From assembly GCA_028285655.1 (NCBI GenBank), contig JANQOT010000009.1, positions 1 through 54,954 on the forward strand: a DNA stretch of 54,954 nt, given 5' to 3'. Both the position numbers and the translations under genes were made by a program. Source of the stretch: Gammaproteobacteria bacterium (GTDB lineage Bacteria > Pseudomonadota > Gammaproteobacteria > UBA4575). Every line of letters starts with the position of its first letter. Positions within the stretch are counted from its first letter, which is position 1. Under the pieces are notes generated by a model. That model worked only from the letters and a program-made list of their open reading frames with translations. It searched no databases and was not told where the DNA came from. Shown here piece after piece: positions 25,471 through 37,927 of the stretch.

Positions 25471-25490
25471 GGCCAAAAGCGGTCATTCAA
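25471..25490 (+). repeat. A-module repeat (solo)
   Basis: GGCCAAAAGCGGTCATTCAA lies 30 nt from the stop of CDS 25521..26654. It occupies the same position in the island as 3491-3510. Confidence 0.6.
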
Positions 25491-25520
25491 GTAATAACGA
25501 AAGTGATTACTTAGACGACG

Positions 25521-26654
25521 CTAAAAATATTTTCTTGCTAAATTCTTACATGTGCCATCAATTCCTGGGAACATAGTGGCTTCATTAATTCCCATTAAAT
25601 CTAACTCACGTAAGGCCTCATCACACATATTTGCATTTAAGTCATAAATTTTTAAAATTTTATTGCCGCTCTTCTGTTCAATATATTTTATTTCAAACTC
25701 AATGTCATGGATATTAGCGAAACTGACAACTGATTGTTGAGGCAATAATCTAGGATTATCAAATCCAGGCAGTTCATAAAACCAAAGCTGTTGTTCTGGA
25801 TGTAATATTACCGTGCTATTGAAATCAATTCTGCTCCAATTTGATCTATTAAACTCAAATATCCGCACATAGTTATCTCTGCTTGGTCGATCGGTCACAG
25901 TATATTTTGGATTTTGTTTTCTAGACCAGAACGAAAAAAATGCTGCTATAAACGGTGACTCAGTCCAATCAAGCAATGGAGTTGGGTGGCCGTGATGTTG
26001 TGCTAATGACAAAAATGAACTTAATTGTGTTGCATTATCCAAATCGTAAGTTCTGGGAAGCTGTGGGCTTAGGTATCGATGTAATCTTCGAAGGTCTTCA
26101 TCTAAAAACCTTACCAAATCGTTTCTACCTGTCCTATGAAACGTAGTATTTAGTTTGTACTTATTGTCCGCTACTCCTCGAAAAACTAACGCCGAATTTT
26201 CAAGTTTGGAAGATAGAATCTCAGATTTATATTCAGACCAATTTTCATATTTCGAATCCGGCTCATAGTTCTTAAAATTAAAATCTTTTCTAAGGCTAAA
26301 AGTACCGTTTGTATCGACATCGCTTCGCCAAGTACCATCTAGATATAATTGGCTATTCTCTTCTCGAATATTTCCTTCAAAATTTATAATATTAGGTACT
26401 GAATATCCTGTGGGATATTGGATTTCAGGGTACAGCTCAATAGGGTTATTTGCTTGTGCATCTAAGCGGTCGTCTTCAAAGTTAAATCTAAACCCATAGT
26501 ATGCGTACCTAGCTTCTGGAGATCCCTCTGCAAGGAATAGTCTTCCAACACTTGAATTATCCCGATCAATTGCAAGTGCAGTTACTCCATTGTTAGCGTT
26601 ATCTGGGGGACTTGCAAAACGACCCCACCATAGTCCGTTTACTTTATTTGGCAT
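25521..26654 (-). CDS. FRG domain-containing protein
   Basis: 377 aa. LVFRGVADNKYKLNTTFHR and LAQHHGHPTPLLDWTESPFIAAFF match the FRG-domain signature. The N-terminal ~150 aa are unassigned. The gene is very AT-rich. Confidence 0.75.
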   Translation of the reverse strand: MPNKVNGLWWGRFASPPDNANNGVTALAIDRDNSSVGRLFLAEGSPEARYAYYGFRFNFEDDRLDAQANNPIELYPEIQYPTGYSVPNIINFEGNIREENSQLYLDGTWRSDVDTNGTFSLRKDFNFKNYEPDSKYENWSEYKSEILSSKLENSALVFRGVADNKYKLNTTFHRTGRNDLVRFLDEDLRRLHRYLSPQLPRTYDLDNATQLSSFLSLAQHHGHPTPLLDWTESPFIAAFFSFWSRKQNPKYTVTDRPSRDNYVRIFEFNRSNWSRIDFNSTVILHPEQQLWFYELPGFDNPRLLPQQSVVSFANIHDIEFEIKYIEQKSGNKILKIYDLNANMCDEALRELDLMGINEATMFPGIDGTCKNLARKYF

Positions 26655-26719
26655 TTTAAATTGAATATATTGAAACTCTTTTTCTTATCTACCTACTTTA
26701 ACACGTACTATTCTAAATA

Positions 26720-26883
26720 AATGTCTGCTATGGGTCGTTAGCAGACATTCATTGAATATGAACGCGTCCTCCCTGACGCGACTCCAATTCGCACGTCCAT
26801 GTGCTCTGGTACGAAAGCGGGCATTCGCAATTATGCTCGTGTCCTTCATGACACGACTTCAATTCGCATATTCCCATGCTCAG
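26720..26883 (-). repeat. Hairpin plus two tandem B-type repeats in opposite orientation, right edge of island 2
   Basis: AATGTCTGC-tatgggtcgtta-GCAGACATT is the hairpin. B copy 26754-26828 ends in ACGAAAGCGGGCATTCGC. B copy 26829-26883 has stems GCAT/ATGC and TCGTGTC/GACACGA. Confidence 0.8.
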
Positions 26884-27031
26884 ATCAAAAACTGATTTTT
26901 CTATTTTATCCTGAAATTGGTTTCAATATGCAATATTTGCTCAGAATTAACGAGCATGGGGAGGGATTGTCTATGGAAGAGAGGGTAAACCGAGCACCAA
27001 ACTAAATTCAGTGCTCGGTTTAGACGAGAGT

Positions 27032-28726
27032 TTATTCAGCGCCTTCTCCGTCGATCTGGAACAGGGCGCCCAGGTTGATGCTGCCATGGACGTCCGGCGA
27101 TTGAATGTTGGTCAGGTCGGCAGGGTTGCCGCGATTGAGGTTGGAAGCGGTATCGTCCGGCGGGAATAGCACCAGCGATTCCAGAAATGCCTGAATATTC
27201 TGGCGGCCTTCTTCGCCCAGGCGTTCGTAGGCCACACGCGATTCGGTGGCTTCGCCGCCGTGTCGACGAATAACGGCATCCAGGTTAATGCTGCGACCGT
27301 CATGTCCATAGGGGGCGGTAGAGCCGACACCCCACAGCGGTTCGGTAACAAATTCAGTGACTACGGTACCGTCAAACTCGCGTTCGTGAAATGCCGGCCC
27401 TAAATCGTGCCGCTTTAAATCGGAATAAAAGTTGCGCACTACGAATTGTTCGCCGTTAGGAAGCAATTGCGGATAGGCGTCGCCGTCGTCCACTTCGCTA
27501 AACTGCGTGCTGGCAGTGGCAAATAGATTGTTGAAAATTCCCTGTGCCGGGTCGTAGGCGGTTTCGACATCGGCAATACGACGATCGCTTTGAATAGTCA
27601 TTCTTGGCGTATGACAAGTCGTGCAACCAATGTCCGCCATCAGACGTTTGCCCGTGCGGGCGGCCGCCGTGACTTTGTAGCGTCCGGGCTTGAAGTAATT
27701 AAGCAGATAAAATTCCAGGTGGTCGATAACTGCAGTATCGATTTCATTGCTAACGCCATCATTGTCGGGGTCAGCGTTAACGTCGCAGGTCGGCGGCCGC
27801 TCGAACTCATCCTGTGCAGGATCGTAATTAAAGCCGCTGGGGCTGGTCATGGCCTGTGGATTATCCGGGTCGGTTACGGCGCATAAGATCGGATCGACCG
27901 CCTGTAAACCCATTTCGTCTTTAAATGCACCGATGACGAACTCACGAATGGAAACCGTACCGCCCTGATGAAAAAACGGACGCACACGCAAATCTGCGTC
28001 CACGCCTTCCACTTGTGAGGTATCGATTTCACCATTGGGGCAGGCAGTAATAAAACCAAACGAAGTACGCTTGGCGCGCAACGGCGTGGTAACACAACGG
28101 TTACGTCGTTCGGCTAATGCCAATGCGCGATCGCGGCGTGCCCGTAGTCGTTGTGTCATCTCGTCGGCCAGTTGTTCAACAATACCCAGGCCAAACAAAT
28201 GCGGTGCGTCGCGACTGTCGGGGCGCGTATTCACATCGCCGCCAAAACCGGCAGATCCGCGCGGTCGACCATGGCAGGCTGCGCAGCTATCGGTTAAGCC
28301 GGCACCCAATGCTCGGTTTTGGGTGATGTCGCCGGTGGAATCAAGATTTACGCGCGGGCCGTTGCCTTCTGCGATCGAAAATTTACGTTGAAACAGTTGC
28401 CGGCCACGTCGAATGGAACGCGCCGGGTCGCGCTTTATTAAATAAACAGCCGAGCCGGGCGTATTAACGTCGCCGTGTCCGGCGCCGATCTGGTCAACCA
28501 GACTTTTACTGATACATCCGCCGGGAGCGTTAATTAATAAATTTTCATTGACCTTGTCGCAGGGAACCAGTTCGGCAAAATTGGGCTGCGGGTAAAAATA
28601 AAGTGCCAGACAGGTAACAAGAAAAAACGGGTAAAAATGATGTCGAACGTTTCGTTTAATATGGGTCTGATGCGTGAACAAGAGCATATTGGCTCTTGCT
28701 TGAATTAATTTCTCCTGTAGCGTCAT
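27032..28726 (-). CDS. Di-haem cytochrome c oxidoreductase, DUF1111 family
   Basis: 564 aa. Two CxxCH motifs (CAACHG, CTTCH). SCAACHGRPRGSAGFGGDV is a typical DUF1111 context. N-terminal TM/signal. Confidence 0.8.
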   Translation of the reverse strand: MTLQEKLIQARANMLLFTHQTHIKRNVRHHFYPFFLVTCLALYFYPQPNFAELVPCDKVNENLLINAPGGCISKSLVDQIGAGHGDVNTPGSAVYLIKRDPARSIRRGRQLFQRKFSIAEGNGPRVNLDSTGDITQNRALGAGLTDSCAACHGRPRGSAGFGGDVNTRPDSRDAPHLFGLGIVEQLADEMTQRLRARRDRALALAERRNRCVTTPLRAKRTSFGFITACPNGEIDTSQVEGVDADLRVRPFFHQGGTVSIREFVIGAFKDEMGLQAVDPILCAVTDPDNPQAMTSPSGFNYDPAQDEFERPPTCDVNADPDNDGVSNEIDTAVIDHLEFYLLNYFKPGRYKVTAAARTGKRLMADIGCTTCHTPRMTIQSDRRIADVETAYDPAQGIFNNLFATASTQFSEVDDGDAYPQLLPNGEQFVVRNFYSDLKRHDLGPAFHEREFDGTVVTEFVTEPLWGVGSTAPYGHDGRSINLDAVIRRHGGEATESRVAYERLGEEGRQNIQAFLESLVLFPPDDTASNLNRGNPADLTNIQSPDVHGSINLGALFQIDGEGAE

Positions 28727-29144
28727 TTCTAATCCTCGAACTTTGTTTTATGGGAGTAGGTAGGTTCATTCTTTATTCCTTGTTGTCTGTTGACTTCCCA
28801 AATTGTCGAGGAGCGATGAACGATAGAGGAATTTACTGTGCCTCATGCTCCGCAAAAGTATGTTGTCTCTTTCCATCTCTTTGCAGGAAACTAAAGTGTG
28901 AATTCCGTCACAAAAATATTTCAGTAAGCGCGATTAACGGTCGAATTCGGTGATAAACGGCTGAATTGTGCGGTCTGATGGCAAACAGTGTTGAATTCCT
29001 AACCGCATGAAGAGCGAGCGAAAAACTATGTTTAAAGTAATGTGATCAAGGTTTATGTCTGAAATAACCTAGCGTGAATATTTTCACATTATATAAAGAC
29101 TACTTTCGTACACTGGTAACCAGAATTTTCTAACGGAATTTCTT

Positions 29145-29360
29145 ATGTCGGCAAAGAAACCTTTTAAAACTCGAGCAGAAAAAAACCGCCGTAGTGAAAA
29201 AATGCGACGCTTTCCCATGCAAATCGAAAACGGCGAGATCCTTTTGCGTGAACGACGCCTGAATCCGGATCGCAGGCGCCCCGGTTTGCAAACGCAAGAG
29301 TTAAAAGTTTCTTCGGAAGAATTTGCGACATTATTTGAAGCGTATCGACAGCACGGGTAA
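29145..29360 (+). CDS. Small Arg-rich hypothetical protein with RRxxPDRRR motif
   Basis: 71 aa, ATG start. Paralogue-like to CDS 6559..6792 (GEILLRERRLNPDRRR...KVSSEEF...Y). Confidence 0.5.
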   Translation: MSAKKPFKTRAEKNRRSEKMRRFPMQIENGEILLRERRLNPDRRRPGLQTQELKVSSEEFATLFEAYRQHG

Positions 29361-29546
29361 TTGCCGCGGCAGGTAATTGTCTTTTTCAATATTAAAATTT
29401 ATTTTATTCCGCGCACGCGCAATTCACCCGGAATACCTTGCGCGTCTGTGTAAATAAATTTCTAAAAGAAGTATCAATTGCGTCCTGCTTTGACAGGAGT
29501 AAAATCGAGGAGTTTATTCAGTCAATTTAGTCAAAAAGCGGACACA

Positions 29547-29945
29547 ATGAAAACGAAAGACCGCCTTCCATTAGCGCTATTTACACTGCGCATCAGTGTG
29601 TTTTTAGTCATGTTGATGTGGACGCTGGATAAACTGGTCGACCCGAATCACGCTGCGCGTGTGTTTGAAAAATTTTATCAAATTTCCGGGCTTGGCATTA
29701 TTCATTTTTATATTCTGGGAATCGCCGAACTGATCCTGCTGTTAGCGTTTTTAGTCGGATACAGAAAAACGCTTTCTTATGGGCTGGTGCTGATATTTCA
29801 TGCCGTATCGACATTTTCCAGTTATCAACAATATCTGGATCCATTTACTTATCCCAATCTGTTGTTTTTTGCTGCGTGGCCAATGCTCGCCGCGTGTTTT
29901 GTGTTGTATTATCTGCGTGAATTCGATACCAAGTTGGTCGTCTGA
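29547..29945 (+). CDS. Hypothetical 4-TM membrane protein
   Basis: The track start 29478 is TTG. The ATG at 29547 gives MKTKDRLPLALFTLRISVFLVML. The stop overlaps the next start (TGATG). Confidence 0.6.
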   Translation: MKTKDRLPLALFTLRISVFLVMLMWTLDKLVDPNHAARVFEKFYQISGLGIIHFYILGIAELILLLAFLVGYRKTLSYGLVLIFHAVSTFSSYQQYLDPFTYPNLLFFAAWPMLAACFVLYYLREFDTKLVV

Positions 29946-30559
29946 TGGCAACGTCTTCCGCTGTATTTGATTCAACCGGTGCAGTAAAACTTCGTGAAGG
30001 CCGCGTATCCGACTGTAAAACGATCGCGGAACTGATTAACGCATCGGCAGAAGGCGCTGCTGAATATTTATTTGCGGATATAAGTAAATCGATCACGCCG
30101 ATCGAATATCTGGCAGGTTTGCTGGAGCAGGAAGTTTACTATTCTTATGCCAATACAGTGGTCGCAGAAGTTGAAGGCAATGTTGTGGGAATGGCGCTTA
30201 GTTTTCCGTCCGAGGGATTAGTGTGCCCGAAAATGCAGAATCAGTATTCTGCGCAGCAGTTACTTTATATTCAAAGTTTTGTCGAACACAAAATCGCCGG
30301 GAGCTGGCATCTGGATGCCTTATGCGTGTTGCCGAACTTCAGAAATTCCGGTATTGGCGGCAGATTGCTGGCCGCGGTAAAAACAAGGGCCCGGGGATAT
30401 AATTTTACAAGTGTCGGCGTATTCGTATTTGCCAGCAACGAGGGAGCGTTTAGATTTTACCGGCGGCACGGCTTTGATCATCAGGCCGATGTTGACGGCC
30501 ACGCACAGGAATTTTTACGCGCTAAAAATGGTTTGCGTCTGATGGAATGCAAACTTTAG
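29945..30559 (+). CDS. GNAT family N-acetyltransferase
   Basis: 204 aa. LCVLPNFRNSGIGGRLL acetyl-CoA motif. Translationally coupled to the upstream membrane protein. Confidence 0.8.
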   Translation: MATSSAVFDSTGAVKLREGRVSDCKTIAELINASAEGAAEYLFADISKSITPIEYLAGLLEQEVYYSYANTVVAEVEGNVVGMALSFPSEGLVCPKMQNQYSAQQLLYIQSFVEHKIAGSWHLDALCVLPNFRNSGIGGRLLAAVKTRARGYNFTSVGVFVFASNEGAFRFYRRHGFDHQADVDGHAQEFLRAKNGLRLMECKL

Positions 30560-30572
30560 GATTGCGGTAGCG

Positions 30573-33049
<2,477 letters not shown>

Positions 33050-33063
33050 GGCAGTAAATTGAT

Positions 33064-33255
33064 TTAGCTTTGACGAATAAAATACAAGAGTACCACGCCT
33101 ACTATCATGCTAAACAGCCCAAGTATGCGCAAGGTTTTATCCGGCATGATCGAGACGCTTTCCCACATTCTTCTTACCGTGCGGGGGCTGGCGAACGGCA
33201 GGATTCCCTCCAGCACCAGTACCAGAGCGCAGGCCGCCAGCAAATCATTCAACAT
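33064..33255 (-). CDS. DUF2065 small membrane protein (YjeT-like)
   Basis: 63 aa. ALVLVLEGILPFASP matches the YjeT pattern. Located downstream of hflC as in E. coli. Confidence 0.8.
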   Translation of the reverse strand: MLNDLLAACALVLVLEGILPFASPRTVRRMWESVSIMPDKTLRILGLFSMIVGVVLLYFIRQS

Positions 33256-33269
33256 TTAGCCGACTACAT

Positions 33270-34130
33270 TTACTGACGCGATTGGTTGAAGTATCGGAAA
33301 AATTGCGAATCCGGCTCCAGTACCAGAATGTCGTTTTTGCCACTAAATGTCTGTTTGTAAGCATTCAGGCTTTTAGTGAGCGAATAAAATTCCTCGTTTT
33401 TGCCATATGCTCTGGCGTAGATATCTGCCGCGGTTGCATCGCCTTCACCACGCAATTGCTCCGACTGTTTGTAAGCATCGGCCAGGGTAACCTGACGCTC
33501 GCGGTCTGCAGCAGCCTTGATTTTTTCAGCGGACTCCCGTCCGCGTGCTCGAAAGTCTTTCGCTACTCGATCCCGTTCTGCACGCATACGTTCATATACG
33601 GAATCGCTGATGTCTTCCGTGTAGTCGATACGACTGACACGCAGATCGACAATTTGTATGCCGAGCTGTTTGGAAAGTTCATTTGCCTTGAGTACCAGCG
33701 AGGTCATGATGTCGGCCCGTTCTCCGGACACCGCTTCTTTAATCGTACGCTGTGCGAATTCGTCACGCAGTTCGTCTTTGGTAATCTGGCTGAGCCGGTT
33801 ATTGGCCCGCTCTTCAATCCCGCCAGTTGCGACAAAGTAGTCGCGGACATTGTCGATGCGCCACTTCACAAAGAAATCCACGTAGACGTATTTCTTTTCG
33901 CTGGTGGGGAACAGATCCGGTTTTACGTCTAGTGTCAGAATACGTGAATCAAAAAACCTGACATCGTTTATGATCGGAATTTTCCAGTGCAAACCGGGTT
34001 TAATATCTGCCTGTTTGATTTCACCGAACTTAAACAGGATTGCACGTTCGGTTTCATCGACAGTATAAGCGCAGGTGAAATATACAATCGCGATTACCGC
34101 AATTATGCCGCCAACTATTTTAGTAATCAT
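33270..34130 (-). CDS. hflC: Protease modulator HflC
   Basis: SPFH/band-7 domain. The ATG at 34130 is preceded by GGGAGAG. The track start 34151 is a GTG that would overlap hflK. Confidence 0.92.
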   Translation of the reverse strand: MITKIVGGIIAVIAIVYFTCAYTVDETERAILFKFGEIKQADIKPGLHWKIPIINDVRFFDSRILTLDVKPDLFPTSEKKYVYVDFFVKWRIDNVRDYFVATGGIEERANNRLSQITKDELRDEFAQRTIKEAVSGERADIMTSLVLKANELSKQLGIQIVDLRVSRIDYTEDISDSVYERMRAERDRVAKDFRARGRESAEKIKAAADRERQVTLADAYKQSEQLRGEGDATAADIYARAYGKNEEFYSLTKSLNAYKQTFSGKNDILVLEPDSQFFRYFNQSRQ

Positions 34131-34131
34131 G

Positions 34132-35262
34132 TTACCTGCTCTCCCTGCCACGCACTGAACGCCGTGGGGTGTTGGTTAATCCGATATTACCTGTACTGTT
34201 GCTATTACCCATTGAAATAGAACCGGAAGAGCTGCGTTCGCCCTGAATTAGCTTATCCAGCGGTAAATACATCAGGTTATTGCCTCCTTCGACATCCATT
34301 ATTACTTTGGTACTGTTGCCGAATACTTCCTGGGCAGCTTCCAGATAAAGGCGTTCGCGGGTTACGCTGGGTGCTTTTTCATACTCCGTAAGTAAGGCTA
34401 AAAATCTTTCCGCTTCACCCTCGGCCTGGGCGACTATGGCTTCTTTATAACCAGTAGCTTCTTCGATTATGCGTGCGGCTTCACCACGTGCCTGCGGCAC
34501 AATGGTATTGGCATACGCTTCGGCTTCCTGGATAAATCGTTCCAGATCCTCGCGGGATTTGATTACATCGTCAAACGCACTTTGAACCGGCGCCGGCGGC
34601 TGGGTTTTTTCCAGGTTGAGCGTGGTTACTTCGATGCCTGCGTCATAACGATCAAGAATTTCCTGCATCAACGTTTTTGTGCTGGAGGAAATTACTTCCA
34701 GGCCTTCGTATAAAACGAAGTCGACTTTGCTTTTACCTACCACTTCACGAATGGCGCTTTCCATGGCCTGCTTTAGTGTGACTTCCGGGAAGCGAACGTT
34801 AAACAGGTAATCTGGAGCGTCTTTTACGCGAAACTGGGCAGCCAGCACAATTTCCACAATATTCTCGTCTTGAGTCAACATTGTGGTTTGATGTCTCGAG
34901 CTTCGAACTTGCTGCATGTCCACGCGGCGCAGTTCTTGAATAGGATAGGGGTAGTGCCAGTTTAAACCGGGCCCGGTGGTTTCTTCATACTCGCCGAATT
35001 GTAATATTACGCCGGCTTCACCTTCAGTGATTTTATAGATACCGGTAAATGCCCAGATCGCAAGCACGATAATTATCGCTGCTAATCCTAGGCCGGACGC
35101 ATTGCCGGGAGTTGTGCCGGAGCCTCCGCCTTTACCGCCGAAAATGCCGCCGAATTTGCGGCTCAAGTTTTGGAAAATTTCATCAAGATCGGGCGGACCC
35201 TGATTGTTGGAATTTCGATTCCAGGGATCCTGGTCGTTATTTCCTGGGCTATTCCAGGGCAT
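34132..35262 (-). CDS. hflK: Protease modulator HflK
   Basis: 376 aa. MPWNSPGNNDQDPW N-terminus, TM, SPFH domain. Confidence 0.92.
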   Translation of the reverse strand: MPWNSPGNNDQDPWNRNSNNQGPPDLDEIFQNLSRKFGGIFGGKGGGSGTTPGNASGLGLAAIIIVLAIWAFTGIYKITEGEAGVILQFGEYEETTGPGLNWHYPYPIQELRRVDMQQVRSSRHQTTMLTQDENIVEIVLAAQFRVKDAPDYLFNVRFPEVTLKQAMESAIREVVGKSKVDFVLYEGLEVISSSTKTLMQEILDRYDAGIEVTTLNLEKTQPPAPVQSAFDDVIKSREDLERFIQEAEAYANTIVPQARGEAARIIEEATGYKEAIVAQAEGEAERFLALLTEYEKAPSVTRERLYLEAAQEVFGNSTKVIMDVEGGNNLMYLPLDKLIQGERSSSGSISMGNSNSTGNIGLTNTPRRSVRGRESR

Positions 35263-35303
35263 GTAGATCTCCGTTAAATAATTAATAGTACAAAGAGCGC
35301 ATT

Positions 35304-36617
35304 CTATTCACTCTGCGCAAAAAAATCAGCTTTATGTTGAGCGTCTTTGTTGTCATCGGGACAGAATTTATAGGACAAATAACGTTCATGGGTCTCGGGT
35401 TTTAGTAATACTTCCATTTCCCACACGCCGGTAGGGTCGAATGTCTCTTTTATCACCGCATCTTGCTGGTAAAGTTCCGCGCGCAGCACCGCTTCGCTCA
35501 TGGGCAGACGCAGTGTCATGCGCACGCGTTGTTCTTCGAAGTACTGTTGCAATGCCGACAACAATAGCGTTAATCCCTGATTCTGCAGCGCAGAAACCCA
35601 CACTCTTTTTATGTTGTTATCATCTCCCATATCAATGTGTGGCATTTGGTGGGTTTGATCAATTTTGTTGTACACCAGCAATTGCGGGCATTGGTCCGCT
35701 CCGATTTGTTTTAGTACTTCATTGACGTGACCGATTTGCTCATTGCGCTGTTCGCTGCTTGCATCCACCACATTCAGTAATAAATCCGCTTCGCAGGTTT
35801 CCTGTAAAGTGGCATAAAATGCCTCGACCAGATCATGCGGCAGGTTCTGGATAAATCCTACGGTATCGGCCAGCACAATATGCTGGTATTTGCTAAGCGG
35901 AAATTTGCGTAGCGTCGGGTCCAGCGTGGCAAATAGCTGGTCGGCCTGATAAACATCGGCCTCAGTCAGACTATTAAATAATGTGGATTTGCCCGCATTG
36001 GTATAGCCGACCAGTGCCACAGTCGGAATAGAATTCTTTTTGCGTGCCTGCCGACCCTGGTCGCGTTGCTTGCGAACTTTTACCAGGCGTTTTTCCAGGT
36101 GTTTTACCCTTTGGGCCAGCAAGCGTCGGTCGGTTTCCAGTTGCGTTTCACCCGGGCCGCGTAACCCAATACCGCCTTTTTGCCGCTCCAGGTGGGTCCA
36201 GCCTCGTACCAGCCGCGTAGAAATATATTTGAGCTGCGCCAATTCTACCTGCAGTTTGCCTTCGTAAGATCTGGCGCGTTGCGCAAAAATATCCAGAATT
36301 AATCCGGTGCGGTCAAGCACACGGCACTTGCACGCTCGTTCAATGTTTCGTTCCTGGCTGGGGGACAGGTGATGATTAATCAGAATGAGTTCGACTTGAA
36401 GGGCGGCGACTTGTGCGGCTAACTGTTCGATTTTGCCCTGGCCGATCAGGAATCGCGGTTCGGGTTTAGCGCGCGAATAAATCGACTGATCCAGTTCAAG
36501 AGCGCCGGCGGAGCGCGCAAGCATGCCGAATTCCTCTAAGGATGCTGGATCGGGGGATTTGCCAAAAACCGGATGTACCAGTATGGCGCGTTCGCCTGAC
36601 TGGGGTCGTTCAAACAT
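35304..36617 (-). CDS. hflX: GTPase HflX
   Basis: 437 aa. GYTNAGKST P-loop, DTVGF, NKID. Downstream of hfq. Confidence 0.93.
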   Translation of the reverse strand: MFERPQSGERAILVHPVFGKSPDPASLEEFGMLARSAGALELDQSIYSRAKPEPRFLIGQGKIEQLAAQVAALQVELILINHHLSPSQERNIERACKCRVLDRTGLILDIFAQRARSYEGKLQVELAQLKYISTRLVRGWTHLERQKGGIGLRGPGETQLETDRRLLAQRVKHLEKRLVKVRKQRDQGRQARKKNSIPTVALVGYTNAGKSTLFNSLTEADVYQADQLFATLDPTLRKFPLSKYQHIVLADTVGFIQNLPHDLVEAFYATLQETCEADLLLNVVDASSEQRNEQIGHVNEVLKQIGADQCPQLLVYNKIDQTHQMPHIDMGDDNNIKRVWVSALQNQGLTLLLSALQQYFEEQRVRMTLRLPMSEAVLRAELYQQDAVIKETFDPTGVWEMEVLLKPETHERYLSYKFCPDDNKDAQHKADFFAQSE

Positions 36618-36649
36618 ACTGCAGACTATGATCCTGCAGCAGATACCTT

Positions 36650-36883
36650 CTATTCTGCTTCGTCACCAAAAGGAATTTTCACCATCTTTGCCGGCACGAT
36701 CGTAGAGATGGCGTGTTTGTACACCATTTGGTTCACTGAATTTTTTAGCACAATAACAAACTGATCAAATGAATCGATCTGACCTTGCAGTTTAATTCCA
36801 TTTACTAAATAAATTGAGACCGCGACTTTTTCTTTGCGTAAAGCGTTTAGGAAGGGTTCTTGTAGTGTTTGCCCTTTAGACAT
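36650..36883 (-). CDS. hfq: RNA chaperone Hfq
   Basis: 77 aa. [43 protein letters not shown] is canonical. Confidence 0.97.
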   Translation of the reverse strand: MSKGQTLQEPFLNALRKEKVAVSIYLVNGIKLQGQIDSFDQFVIVLKNSVNQMVYKHAISTIVPAKMVKIPFGDEAE

Positions 36884-36977
36884 AATTGGTCTGCTCCTAA
36901 CTTTCGTTATTCTTATTAGATGTCACTGCATGAGCGCCACAAACAACTGTCGTTCGACGCCTAGTTTACCAGTTAGT

Positions 36978-37916
36978 TCATTGCAATTGGTAAATTATTT
37001 CTTCTGTAATGGCGTCTGTACCGCCTTTTTTCAAGGGGTCAATGCAGTAAGTATCCGGATAATGACGCAGCCAGGTTAGCTGCCGCTTGGCAAGTTGACG
37101 AGTGGCGGCGATCGCCTGATCGCGCATCTCCGGATAGTCGATGTGCCCTTCCAGGTAAGACCAGGCCTGTCGATATCCGATGCATCGCATCGACGACATG
37201 GCCGCAGTTAGGTTCCAATGTTCACGTAGAGTCTTTAGTTCTTCGATGAATCCGGCCTGCAGCATTTGATCGAATCGGGCGGATATACGGTCGTGAAGCT
37301 GGCTGCGATCCTGCGGAAACAGCCCTATGCAGACTGTGTTTATATCGCTTCGTACCGGCGATTTGCTTTGCTGCCACGCCGATAGTTTGACGCCGGTCAG
37401 CTGATATACCTCCAGTGCGCGTTGGATTCGTTGCGGGTCATTGGCATGGATTCGTGCCGCCGATTCCGGGTCGACTTCGGCCAGTCGTTGATGCAGTGCG
37501 GCCAGGCCATGGGTTTGGGTAAATTTCTCCAGCTGGCTTCTGGTGGCCGGGTCAGCGGCCGGTAGTTGCGACAACCCGAACTGTAGCGAATGAAAATACA
37601 TAATGGTGCCGCCGACCAGAATCGGCAATCGATCGCGCTGTAGAATTTCATCGATGAGCTGATTGGCGTCGCGACAAAAATCAGCGACTGAATATTGCTG
37701 GTCGGGGTTACGAATATCGATTAAGTGATGCGGGGCGATCTCTAAAATTGCCGGGCCGGGTTTGGCTGTGCCGATATTCATGTCGCGGTAAATCATGGCT
37801 GAATCGACACTGATAATTTCGCTGGGAATCGCCCGGTGCAAGGCGACGGCAAGCTCGGTTTTACCGCTGGCAGTGGGACCCATTACATATAAAACAGTTG
37901 AATGCTGCGCAGACAT
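36978..37916 (-). CDS. miaA: tRNA dimethylallyltransferase MiaA
   Basis: GPTASGKT P-loop. The track start 37925 is TTG; the first ATG is 37916. Confidence 0.92.
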   Translation of the reverse strand: MSAQHSTVLYVMGPTASGKTELAVALHRAIPSEIISVDSAMIYRDMNIGTAKPGPAILEIAPHHLIDIRNPDQQYSVADFCRDANQLIDEILQRDRLPILVGGTIMYFHSLQFGLSQLPAADPATRSQLEKFTQTHGLAALHQRLAEVDPESAARIHANDPQRIQRALEVYQLTGVKLSAWQQSKSPVRSDINTVCIGLFPQDRSQLHDRISARFDQMLQAGFIEELKTLREHWNLTAAMSSMRCIGYRQAWSYLEGHIDYPEMRDQAIAATRQLAKRQLTWLRHYPDTYCIDPLKKGGTDAITEEIIYQLQ

Positions 37917-37927
37917 GATGCTCAAGC

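Noticed and set aside
21753-27000. Multi-gene defence system around the FRG gene
   Set aside because: The neighbouring genes (GNAT, His-rich protein, small secreted protein, cytochrome b561, SRPBCC) show no nuclease, ATPase, helicase, methylase or TIR/SIR2-type partners. They are separated by repeats rather than organised as an operon.
26799-27005. ORF 26799..27005(+), 68 aa
   Set aside because: It starts inside the B repeats, has no RBS and no recognisable features. It is probably spurious.
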